Source: an uncultured Candidatus Saccharibacteria bacterium | GTDB taxonomy: Bacteria > Patescibacteriota > Minisyncoccia > Phycocordibacterales > CAIZIN01 | DNA length: 39,659 nt | Assembly: GCA_964483025.1 (NCBI GenBank) | Contig: CAYZZT010000002.1 | Span: forward strand, 1 to 39,659 | Direction of reading: 5' to 3' | Part shown: positions 28,340 to 38,274 of the stretch, piece by piece | Layout of the letters: every line of letters starts with the position of its first letter | Position numbering within the stretch: position 1 is the first letter of the stretch | The notes under the pieces: model-generated | Told to the model about the DNA's origin: nothing | Databases searched by the model: none | What the model saw: the letters and a program-made list of their open reading frames with translations, nothing else | Position numbers and translations under genes: made by a program

Positions 28340-29935
28340 ATGAAATACAAATATGAAGTATACGTTAGAAAATCTAGCGAGAGCAAAGAGAAGCAGGCTC
28401 TCTCAATACAATCACAAAAAGACAGTATTCAGAAACAATTCCCCGACATTAATATTGTTGATTGGATAGATGAGGAGAAAAGCGCCTTCAAACCATATAA
28501 CAGACCAAAGTTTGACGATATGATGAAAAGGGTACATACAGGAAAGATTGATGGCATTATAGCCTGGCATCCAGACCGACTATCTAGAAACGAGATAGAT
28601 GCGGCTAATATAACGTATGCATTAAGAAGTGGAATACTTAAAGATCTTAAGTTTGCCAGTTACGGCTTCAGTAATTCACCAGAGGGTATACAACAACTTC
28701 AAACCTCCCTTTCCTCTTCGCAATACTATTCAGCAAAGCTTGGCGTTGATGTTAGGCGTGGATTAGGAGACAAATTGGAAATGGGAAGAATGCCAGGTCT
28801 TGCCCCGATTGGTTATCTAAATACAAAACTGGCAACACGAGGAGAAAATAAAATTGTAGAGGATCCAGAACGATTCAATATTGTTCGTAAGATGTGGGAC
28901 TTAATACTTACAGGCAATTACAGTGCTCCGCAGATTAGAATAATTGCAACAAAAGAATGGGGCTTACTAACGCAGTCAAAGAAAAAGACAGGAGGAAAAC
29001 CTATTGGTTATACAACTATCTATAATATGTTTTCAAATCTCTTCTATACAGGAAACTTTATGTATAAAGGAATAATGTATAAAGGTGATCATAGGCCAAT
29101 GATAACTATGGCTGAGTTTGACCGTGTCCAGACACTTATCAAAGCACATGGAAGTCCAAGAGCAAAGACGTTCGACTTTGCTTATGGTTACGGAACAATG
29201 AAGTGCGGAGAATGCGGGCATTCATTGGTAGCTATTGAGAAGGTAAAATATATCAAGAGTGAACAAACAACAAAGGTATATACATTGTATCTTTGTTCTA
29301 ACAAGGGGAAAGTGACAAAGTGCAGTCAAAGGGATAATGTAAATGAAAAGATAATAGAGACACAAATCAAGGATGAAATACTCAAGTATTCAATTGATCC
29401 TGAATTCCTTAATTGGTCCTTTGATGTGATGAAAGATAATAACTTCATAGAGGTTATAACTGAAAAGGATATAAAAGATACTTTAGCTAAGACTCTTGAT
29501 AACAAACAAGAAGAGCTTAAGAGGTTAATCCAAATGGCAACAAAAGGGTTTCTTTCTGACGAAGAGTTTAAAACATCAAGAACTGAACTAGACAAAACAA
29601 TAGGTGATCTAAAAGTCCAACTAAGTGAAACTGAGGGAAGCAAAGATAAAGATCTTATGGAGCTAACTGAAAAAGCTTTCGTTTATTCAACATATGCGCT
29701 TGTTGCACTTGAAAATGGTAGTAAACAAAACAAAAAAGAAATATTCAAGGGATTGGGCATGAACCGAACCATAACAGACAAAAAACTCAATATTAGAGCC
29801 AATGATTGGTATTCAGAGATAAGAAAAGGTTACTTTTCTATCAGAGAGAAAATGAACGAGCTTGAACCAGAAATACGTTGTAAACAAAAGACCATCAAGG
29901 ATTTTGACGGTCTTCGTTTACTCTTGCGCGAGTGA
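28340..29935 (+). CDS. large serine recombinase (integrase)
   Basis: YVRKSSESKEKQALSIQSQ (catalytic Ser region), HPDRLSRN, recombinase domain, Cys-rich zinc ribbon CGECGH...CSNKGKVTKC, and a coiled-coil tail. The last 9 nt overlap the 3' end of tRNA-Asp. Confidence 0.9.
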   Translation: MKYKYEVYVRKSSESKEKQALSIQSQKDSIQKQFPDINIVDWIDEEKSAFKPYNRPKFDDMMKRVHTGKIDGIIAWHPDRLSRNEIDAANITYALRSGILKDLKFASYGFSNSPEGIQQLQTSLSSSQYYSAKLGVDVRRGLGDKLEMGRMPGLAPIGYLNTKLATRGENKIVEDPERFNIVRKMWDLILTGNYSAPQIRIIATKEWGLLTQSKKKTGGKPIGYTTIYNMFSNLFYTGNFMYKGIMYKGDHRPMITMAEFDRVQTLIKAHGSPRAKTFDFAYGYGTMKCGECGHSLVAIEKVKYIKSEQTTKVYTLYLCSNKGKVTKCSQRDNVNEKIIETQIKDEILKYSIDPEFLNWSFDVMKDNNFIEVITEKDIKDTLAKTLDNKQEELKRLIQMATKGFLSDEEFKTSRTELDKTIGDLKVQLSETEGSKDKDLMELTEKAFVYSTYALVALENGSKQNKKEIFKGLGMNRTITDKKLNIRANDWYSEIRKGYFSIREKMNELEPEIRCKQKTIKDFDGLRLLLRE

Positions 29936-30237
29936 TGGGACTCGAACCCACGGCCTTCCCCGTGCATTTATCCAATATTTACATATTGGCATGGACTATA
30001 TCATCATCATAATTATTTCTAATCTTAGATGTAAGGCGCTTCGAATATTTTTTTAAATACCCTACTCCCCGAAGGGATAGTCTCTGAACCTTCCAAATAT
30101 TACATTCGGCTTGGCTGCTGATTGCCTTTTCATTCCTGAAGAAGGTTTCCAGCAATTCACCTTATTTTCGACCAGACTTTCGTACTGGAAGCTGCCAATC
30201 GACAGGGGGACGCTCTAACCAGCTGAGCTACACCCGC
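29927..30237 (-). tRNA. tRNA-Asp(GUC) interrupted by a group I intron; exons 30237..30202 and 29964..29927
   Basis: The joined exons give GCGGGTG-TA-GCTC-AGCTGGTTA-GAGC-G-TCCCC-CTGTCAC-GGGGA-AGGCC-GTGGG-TTCGAGT-CCCAT-CACTCGC-G. All stems pair, with G4.U69 and one T-stem G.U. CCA is not encoded. Confidence 0.85.
29965..30201 (-). ncRNA. 237-nt group I intron (IC3-like) in the anticodon loop
   Basis: It follows U35 and ends in G. Core elements: P-like GAATTGCTGGAAA (30158-30146), Q-like AATCAGCAGCC (30123-30113), R-like GTTCAGAGACTAT (30089-30077), S-like GATATAGTCC (30002-29993). GACTA/TAGTC forms P7. GAAA, GGAA and GTAA tetraloop hairpins are present. Confidence 0.85.
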
Positions 30238-30887
30238 AATTTAATAAACCTTTCAAATACCTGCTTTTTCCTGTCTAAAAAAATTGCGTAACTACTATTA
30301 TACATATATTTATATAAATTCAAAGCTCCAAAGACAGCATATGTAAGTCGGTAATAATTTCCACTACCTTTTCTAATCACTCCATTTTGTGGAAAATATT
30401 TTAACGTTGTATCTCTTATTGATTCTAAAAATTCTTTTGTGCAAGAGGTAAATACCACCCTAATAGTTAAATTTGGGTTTTTGTTTTCTTTATGAGCATA
30501 TCCAACCCAAACATTACCATCACCATCAAAATATCCCCTCAAAAAAGAAAACCAAAACTTTACTGGAACAGGTGGAAGTCGAAGCCTTTTGGTTTTATTT
30601 GGAAAAACATTTAATTTACCCAAATCTTCAAACATCTCTTTGCTACCAATTTGAATACAGTAGTTATTTCCTCTTCCGCCTTTTTTGTTGGATATCTTAT
30701 GCTCAGACTTCATGGCTTTTTTGATATTATCTAGCAAATCATAATCTGCACTATACATGGCAATAAAATGTGCTCCCCTTTTATTTTTTATCAAATTTCC
30801 ATCAGCGCAAATAAAGCCCAAAACATATGCCATGTTGTCAGACCATTTTTTAAAAAAATCTTTATTGTATTTTTTATAAATAGGCAT
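30228..30887 (-). CDS. double-motif LAGLIDADG homing endonuclease, free-standing
   Basis: YVLGFICADGNL and FLRGYFDGDGNV motifs. ATG at 30887 (TTG at 30905 is possible). The last codons and the TAG stop overlap tRNA-Asp nt 1-10. Confidence 0.85.
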   Translation of the reverse strand: MPIYKKYNKDFFKKWSDNMAYVLGFICADGNLIKNKRGAHFIAMYSADYDLLDNIKKAMKSEHKISNKKGGRGNNYCIQIGSKEMFEDLGKLNVFPNKTKRLRLPPVPVKFWFSFLRGYFDGDGNVWVGYAHKENKNPNLTIRVVFTSCTKEFLESIRDTTLKYFPQNGVIRKGSGNYYRLTYAVFGALNLYKYMYNSSYAIFLDRKKQVFERFIKLRV

Positions 30888-30939
30888 AATATTATTATGC
30901 GTCAAAAATAAAAAGAGAAAATAATCAACTAACTTATTA

Positions 30940-31200
30940 TTATTTTCCTCGTGCGTTTAATTCAGCCTCATCAATTTCTTTTAATAAGTCACGCCACTCA
31001 CTTTTATGATTTTGGACACACACACCACGAGATCGTCCATCACAAATAGGACAATTCCCCATTTCAATATCTAGGATCTCTTTTCTATTTAATAATTCCT
31101 GTAATTTTAATTCTGCTGGTGATGGTTCTGTTGTTTTTGGTACAGTGGTTACCGTGGTTTGTTTGCTCTCTAAAATATTTAGAAAATTTGTTTGTTTCAT
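30940..31200 (-). CDS. small hypothetical protein with CxxC...C cluster
   Basis: 86-aa ORF containing GNCPICDGRSRGVCV. AGGAGG lies on the opposite strand nearby; no RBS was assessed. Confidence 0.45.
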   Translation of the reverse strand: MKQTNFLNILESKQTTVTTVPKTTEPSPAELKLQELLNRKEILDIEMGNCPICDGRSRGVCVQNHKSEWRDLLKEIDEAELNARGK

Positions 31201-31265
31201 AGGAGGATTATAACATAGAGCGTATCTTGAGAAAAATACTAAAATATGTTACTTTTAGTTCCAAT

Positions 31266-31339
31266 GTCGGGGTAGCTCAGGTGGTTAGAGCGGGCGCTTC
31301 ATAAGCGTCAGGTCGTGGGTTCAAGCCCCACCCTCGACA
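31266..31339 (+). tRNA. tRNA with CAT anticodon, elongator-type (Met, or Ile2 if lysidinylated)
   Basis: GTCGGGG-TA-GCTC-AGGTGGTTA-GAGC-G-GGCGC-TTCATAA-GCGTC-AGGTC-GTGGG-TTCAAGC-CCCAC-CCTCGAC-A. The 1:72 pair is G-C. Confidence 0.88.
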
Positions 31340-31395
31340 CAAAATATCTTACCTCCTTGCAATCCTCACTAAATTAGCGTACTATGTGTTCCTAT

Positions 31396-31467
31396 AGCGG
31401 GGTAGAGTAACGGTAACTCGCAAGGCTCATAACCTTGAGACTATTGGTTCGATTCCAGTCCCCGCAA
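31396..31467 (+). tRNA. tRNA with CAT anticodon, initiator-like (fMet)
   Basis: AGCGGGG...CTCATAA...ATTGG-TTCGATT-CCAGT-CCCCGCA-A. It has a 1:72 A x A mismatch and a CCCCGCAA 3' end like the E. coli initiator. Only two G-C pairs close the anticodon stem. Confidence 0.8.
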
Positions 31468-31522
31468 CATGTAAAACAAAAAATCCCCTCATGGGGATTT
31501 TTTGTTTTACATGTTGCGGGGA
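31459..31522. terminator. 30-bp perfect inverted repeat / terminator that includes the last 9 nt of tRNA-fMet
   Basis: TCCCCGCAACATGTAAAACAAAAAATCCCC, loop tcat, GGGGATTTTTTGTTTTACATGTTGCGGGGA. Confidence 0.7.
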
Positions 31523-31648
31523 AGAAAGCTCTGAGGGAGCTTTCGGCTGGAATCGAACAGCGGAGCGGGACCCAGATTAGTAAATCTGGGAGCGAGCTGG
31601 TGCCCAGAAAAATTTTTGTGACGACAAAAATTTATTCGCGGGCGATGT
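31523..31648 (+). other. hairpin-rich spacer between the two copies of the tRNA 3' end
   Basis: Hairpins GAAAGCTC/GAGCTTTC (31524-44), GCTG/CAGC (31546-61), CCCAGATT-agta-AATCTGGG (31571-90), and an A/T hairpin around 31607-31633. The listed ORFs here are probably spurious. Confidence 0.4.
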
Positions 31649-31663
31649 CCAGTCCCCGCAACA
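31649..31663 (+). repeat. direct repeat of the tRNA-fMet 3' end (CCAGTCCCCGCAACA = 31455-31469)
   Basis: Exact 15-nt match, preceded by a similar CGAT. Confidence 0.75.
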
Positions 31664-31708
31664 AAATACAAAAATGGCTTTCCCTTCAGGAAAGTCATTT
31701 TTGTATTT
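31664..31708. terminator. 20-bp hairpin after the second tRNA-end copy
   Basis: AAATACAAAAATGGCTTTCC, loop cttca, GGAAAGTCATTTTTGTATTT (one G.U). Confidence 0.65.
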
Positions 31709-31712
31709 ATAA

Positions 31713-31743
31713 CTAGAGCCTAAATGCTAATTGCTAGAGCCTA
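31713..31743 (+). repeat. two copies of CTAGAGCCTA downstream of 31747..32826
   Basis: Copies at 31713-22 and 31734-43. The same decamer occurs twice at 32984-33007. Confidence 0.6.
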
Positions 31744-31746
31744 CCC

Positions 31747-32826
31747 CTACACCCAATAAAACTCCTTAAACACATCATAATAAAGTCCAATCACTCTCGC
31801 CACCTCATCATATGGAAGCTTATATTCACCTCCATCATGAGCAATACGATTACGCACTTTATGTGCCTCCCATGCCTTATCCAAAGTTGTAAAATCTCCT
31901 TCTTCTATATTTTTAAGCTTATCTCCAATACTAACTCCTGGGTATCCCATTTTATCAAGCATATCCTCCAACATAACATCGGCTTCAATAACCGCCTGAC
32001 GCCAGTCACTTGAATTATGTGATTTCAATAGAAGTTCAATATGATTCCAGCGTGTATTTTCTTTTTCTTCTGGAACATAGTCCTCAGCCCCTAAACCTAC
32101 AGGCAAATTAAGAGGTGGAGCTTCTTTTGTGTTTATCGGCATTACAGAAGAAATAGATATTTGATTCAAATCCTCCGTCTGAATCTCTTCATCATCATAA
32201 ATGGGCACATTTGATTCTTTTATGAAATAATAAATAATAATTAAAATAAGAAATGCTGAAAGTATCCATCCTATCAATTTTATATAATCCCACATTATTG
32301 GGAAAAAATTTACAACATAATATGAGAAAAATTTTGTAGTTATATCCTGTTCATCCACCCAACCACTCGGAGGATTACTATAGTCAGCCATCCACCACCT
32401 TACACCATATGCAACAATCGGTCCATCTACAATTTTTGCAACCTCACCACGCTTCTGTAAACCAATTACACTCCCTCCTGGTTCTCTGCGCACCTGAGTT
32501 AGTCCTTTATCTTTTATTTCTTTTCCTAAAAACAAATCTCCAGTTCCAAGTAGGCTTACATCTCCTTTATTATTTATTAAATTATCCCAAAAACTATAAT
32601 CACCAGAAACAGCTTGATCTGTACTTGAATTACCATTATTTGGAGATGCTATTAAATAATCTAAAACAGGAAATCTTGTAACCGCAGATATTAAAATTAC
32701 AATAGCAAGAAAAAAACCAACAAGTTCCCACATAACATCATGCCCAGTTTTTGAAGCGGGAGCTTCTGCTTTTTTATCACCTTTTTTATCAGGTTTTTTA
32801 CCAGATTTTTTTTTAACGTCAGCCAT
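31747..32826 (-). CDS. membrane protein with Lys-rich N-terminus, SH3b-like segment and conserved C-terminal helical domain
   Basis: 359 aa with two TM segments. GSVIGLQKRGEVAKIVDGPIVAYGVRWWMADY...GWVDEQDI is SH3b-like. The C-terminus is WRQAVIEADVMLEDML...AHKVRNRIAHDG. Confidence 0.65.
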   Translation of the reverse strand: MADVKKKSGKKPDKKGDKKAEAPASKTGHDVMWELVGFFLAIVILISAVTRFPVLDYLIASPNNGNSSTDQAVSGDYSFWDNLINNKGDVSLLGTGDLFLGKEIKDKGLTQVRREPGGSVIGLQKRGEVAKIVDGPIVAYGVRWWMADYSNPPSGWVDEQDITTKFFSYYVVNFFPIMWDYIKLIGWILSAFLILIIIYYFIKESNVPIYDDEEIQTEDLNQISISSVMPINTKEAPPLNLPVGLGAEDYVPEEKENTRWNHIELLLKSHNSSDWRQAVIEADVMLEDMLDKMGYPGVSIGDKLKNIEEGDFTTLDKAWEAHKVRNRIAHDGGEYKLPYDEVARVIGLYYDVFKEFYWV

Positions 32827-32905
32827 GTTTCAAAAGAAAAATTAAAAATGTAAAATGTAAAAATAAATTCTTCACTACATTTTATCACAATGTTAGCCAT
32901 TAGGC

Positions 32906-32935
32906 ACGAAATTTTTAATAACGAAATTTTTAATA
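32906..32935 (+). repeat. tandem 15-mer ACGAAATTTTTAATA x2 in the upstream region of 31747..32826
   Basis: Exact tandem duplication. Flanked by TAGGCAC motifs at 32901 and 32950. Confidence 0.7.
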
Positions 32936-32983
32936 AGCGACTAGGCTTTAGGCACTAGGCTCTTATCTTAATTATGTATTTAG

Positions 32984-33007
32984 CTAGAGCCTAGAACCTA
33001 GAGCCTA
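32984..33007 (+). repeat. two copies of CTAGAGCCTA overlapping the gatA stop
   Basis: Copies at 32984-93 and 32998-33007. Confidence 0.6.
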
Positions 33008-34417
33008 ATAGCTATCCTCGAACCTCTTCCCAATATCAAATAGGATATTTTCCCCAAAACGTGGGGCTATAATTTGTAAACCAGTAGGCAAACTTTTTTC
33101 TTCTCGAATCACACTACCTGCTGGAATAGAAATAGCTGGCACTGTTGCTAGATTTGCGCTTACTGTAAAAATATCAGCAAGATACATTTGAAGTGGATCG
33201 TTTATCCTTTCACCAAATTTAAATGCGGGTATTGGAGAAACAGGCATTACAATCGCATCAGCTTCTTTAAAAACTTTATCAAAATCTTGCTTTATAAGCT
33301 CACGGACTTTTAATGCTTTTCCATAGTATGCATCATAATAACCCGTTGAAAGTACATAAGTGCCTAGCATTATTCTTCTTCTTGCTTCTTTTCCAAAATA
33401 TTCACCACGAGTCAAAAAATAATCTTCTATTAAGTCTTTGCCCTCTTTTAGTGAACCATATTTCACCCCATCAAATCGTGCAAGATTTGAACTTACTTCA
33501 GCTGGCATAAGAATATAATACACAGCAAGGGCATATGGAAGTGTTGGAAGTGACACATCTTTAATTTCAAAACCTTGTGCCTTCAATTTTTCAATTGATT
33601 GATTAAAATTTTCTAAAACATCTAGGTCTATTCCTTCTTTTAAAAAATCTCTAGGTACTCCAATTACATATTTTTCTTTTGCAGATACCTCTCCTTCCAC
33701 TCCAGTTTCATCAAATATATCTTTTCCTTTTATCACATTAAAAACAATTTCTGCATCTTCTACGGTTTTTGTCATAGGACCAATAACATCTAAAGACGAG
33801 GCCATAGCCATTAATCCGTGACGCGACACAGAACCATATGTCGGCTTCAAGCCCACAACTCCACAAAAACTAGCAGGTTGCCTGATAGAGCCTCCTGTAT
33901 CGGACCCAAGGGCCACAAGAGCCATATCTCCTGCAACTACCACAGCAGAACCACCAGAAGAACCGCCTGGAACACGAGAAATATCGTATGGATTTTTTGA
34001 TGGGCCATATGCAGAGTTTTCTGTTGATCCACCCATGGCAAATTCGTCCATATTTGCTCGTCCTAAAAAGACAGATCCTGTTTCTTTTAATTTTGTAATT
34101 ACAGTTGCATCATATGTTGAAACATAATTTTCTAAAATTTTAGATCCTCCACTTGCAACTTTTCCTTTAAACAAAATATTATCTTTTATTGCAAAAGGAA
34201 TGCCTGTGAGCATTGTGGCTTTTCCATCTGCAAACATTCCATCCGCTTTTTTTGCTTGCTCTATCACGTCATCATAAATACCTAAATACGCATGAAGCTC
34301 TGTATTTTTATTTTCAATTTCATTTAAATACGCTTGGGCAAGATCAACACAAGAATACTCTTTCTTAACGAGAGCATCATGAGCTTTTTTTATTGTGATA
34401 TTTTTTAAATCAATCAT
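33005..34417 (-). CDS. gatA: Asp/Glu-tRNA amidotransferase subunit A
   Basis: Amidase signature GGSSGGSAVVVA and KDNI motif. ATG at 34417 is preferred, because the longer ORF's ATG (34447) lies inside a repeat unit. Confidence 0.93.
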   Translation of the reverse strand: MIDLKNITIKKAHDALVKKEYSCVDLAQAYLNEIENKNTELHAYLGIYDDVIEQAKKADGMFADGKATMLTGIPFAIKDNILFKGKVASGGSKILENYVSTYDATVITKLKETGSVFLGRANMDEFAMGGSTENSAYGPSKNPYDISRVPGGSSGGSAVVVAGDMALVALGSDTGGSIRQPASFCGVVGLKPTYGSVSRHGLMAMASSLDVIGPMTKTVEDAEIVFNVIKGKDIFDETGVEGEVSAKEKYVIGVPRDFLKEGIDLDVLENFNQSIEKLKAQGFEIKDVSLPTLPYALAVYYILMPAEVSSNLARFDGVKYGSLKEGKDLIEDYFLTRGEYFGKEARRRIMLGTYVLSTGYYDAYYGKALKVRELIKQDFDKVFKEADAIVMPVSPIPAFKFGERINDPLQMYLADIFTVSANLATVPAISIPAGSVIREEKSLPTGLQIIAPRFGENILFDIGKRFEDSY

Positions 34418-34442
34418 TTGAATTTGGCTAACACTCAAGATT

Positions 34443-34507
34443 GTCATTCCCGCGAAGGCGGGAATCCACGAATTAATTTAATGGATCCTCGCATTCGCAA
34501 GGATGAC
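34443..34507. repeat. two short palindromic units (GTCATTCCCGCGAAGGCGGGAATCC and GGATCCTCGCATTCGCAAGGATGAC)
   Basis: ATTCCCGC/GCGGGAAT stem. Same family as units at 36749, 37982, 38211, 38821, 35100 and 38079. Confidence 0.8.
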
Positions 34508-34560
34508 AGAGGGTGCTAAGTTATTTTTTACGAGTTATAAGTTATATGTTATTTGTTAGC

Positions 34561-34854
34561 TTATTCAGAAATTAAACCTAATATTTTTTTAACTTTAACA
34601 TAATTCCCCTCTTTTTTCGGTGCTGAATTTACAAGCTTTTCTCTGTTTATTCCAGTTTCATTTGGGTTTATATCTTCTCGCATAATATTTGTAGAATAAA
34701 AAGTCGCCTCAACGTCCGTATCTGAAGACACCTGCTTTACCTGATCCACATAATGCAAAACAGAATCAAGGCTAGCACCTAGCTCAACAGCCTCTCCATC
34801 ACTTAAATTTATCCTGCTCAATTGAGCCAGCTTTTTTACATCTTTGATTTCCAT
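34561..34854 (-). CDS. gatC: Asp/Glu-tRNA amidotransferase subunit C
   Basis: 97 aa. VKKLAQLSRINLSDGE...SLDSVLHYVDQV is the typical GatC N-terminus. Located upstream of gatA. Confidence 0.88.
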   Translation of the reverse strand: MEIKDVKKLAQLSRINLSDGEAVELGASLDSVLHYVDQVKQVSSDTDVEATFYSTNIMREDINPNETGINREKLVNSAPKKEGNYVKVKKILGLISE

Positions 34855-35005
34855 ATGTAGATATTAGCATTTATAAGTCAAAATTCAAAAGGCAAAAAGT
34901 GACACAAAACAAGGACCGTACCTGCGACTATGTTTTGTGTCATCCTCGAAACTCTTTCAGCAGAAAGAGTTATCGGGGATCCAAGTCTGTATTAAATTCT
35001 GAATT

Positions 35006-35121
35006 AACTTGGATCACACATAATTTCTTGCTAGAAATTTGTTCGATCCCGACTCGGCTCGTCAGCCTCCGTCTTTGAATCGTATCCCATACGATTCAAC
35101 CCCGCATTCGCGAGGATGACA
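35006..35121 (+). repeat. 116-bp repeat, copy A (exact reverse complement of 38079-38194)
   Basis: I checked it base by base: 116/116. Contains internal palindromes TTGAATCGTAT..ATACGATTCAA and AATTTCT..AGAAATT. Confidence 0.95.
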
Positions 35122-35183
35122 GCGGGGAGGGAAAGAGCTTAGCTGGAGATGGTATAAAAGTCCCGTATTTTCATTTAGAACAT

Positions 35184-38056
<2,873 letters not shown>

Positions 38057-38078
38057 TTTTATTATATAACCTTTCTTG

Positions 38079-38194
38079 TGTCATCCTCGCGAATGCGGGG
38101 TTGAATCGTATGGGATACGATTCAAAGACGGAGGCTGACGAGCCGAGTCGGGATCGAACAAATTTCTAGCAAGAAATTATGTGTGATCCAAGTT
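38079..38194 (-). repeat. 116-bp repeat, copy B (inverted relative to copy A)
   Basis: Exact reverse complement of 35006-35121. Lies in the intergenic region upstream of the 188-aa pilin gene. Confidence 0.95.
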
Positions 38195-38210
38195 CGCATT
38201 CTGAATCCTT

Positions 38211-38241
38211 CAGACTGGATTCCTGCCTTCGCAGGAATGAC
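38211..38241 (-). repeat. 31-nt palindromic unit (inverted copy)
   Basis: See 37982-38012. Confidence 0.95.
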
Positions 38242-38274
38242 ATGCATAACTTAATATTAAATCATTGTTCCAAT

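Larger units (their letters stand above)
23100..29935 (+). mobile_element. candidate integrative element (replication module + serine integrase); left boundary not defined
   Basis: A co-oriented + strand block set between minus-strand chromosomal operons. The right end abuts a tRNA 3' end. No att repeat was found. Confidence 0.45.

Noticed and set aside
31516-31663. tmRNA (ssrA) or an intron-containing tRNA, suggested by the GCGGGGA...TCCCCGCAACA acceptor-like pairing and a GGAATCGAAC segment
   Set aside because: It is only about 150 nt, with no tag-peptide reading frame. There is no T-arm with a TTCGA loop before the 3' strand, and no D-arm or anticodon-arm geometry. The pairing is equally well explained by the 30-bp terminator inverted repeat plus a direct duplication.
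31435-31716. ORFs 31435..31716 (+) and 31507..31698 (-)
   Set aside because: They start inside or run across a tRNA gene, terminator hairpins and the duplicated tRNA end. The composition is arbitrary and they overlap each other antisense. I treat them as non-coding.
34418-34447. Ten-codon N-terminal extension of gatA (MTILSVSQIQ)
   Set aside because: Its ATG is the CAT of the repeat unit GTCATTCC at 34443-34450. GatA homologs begin close to the MIDLKNITIKK... position, so the start at 34417 is preferred.
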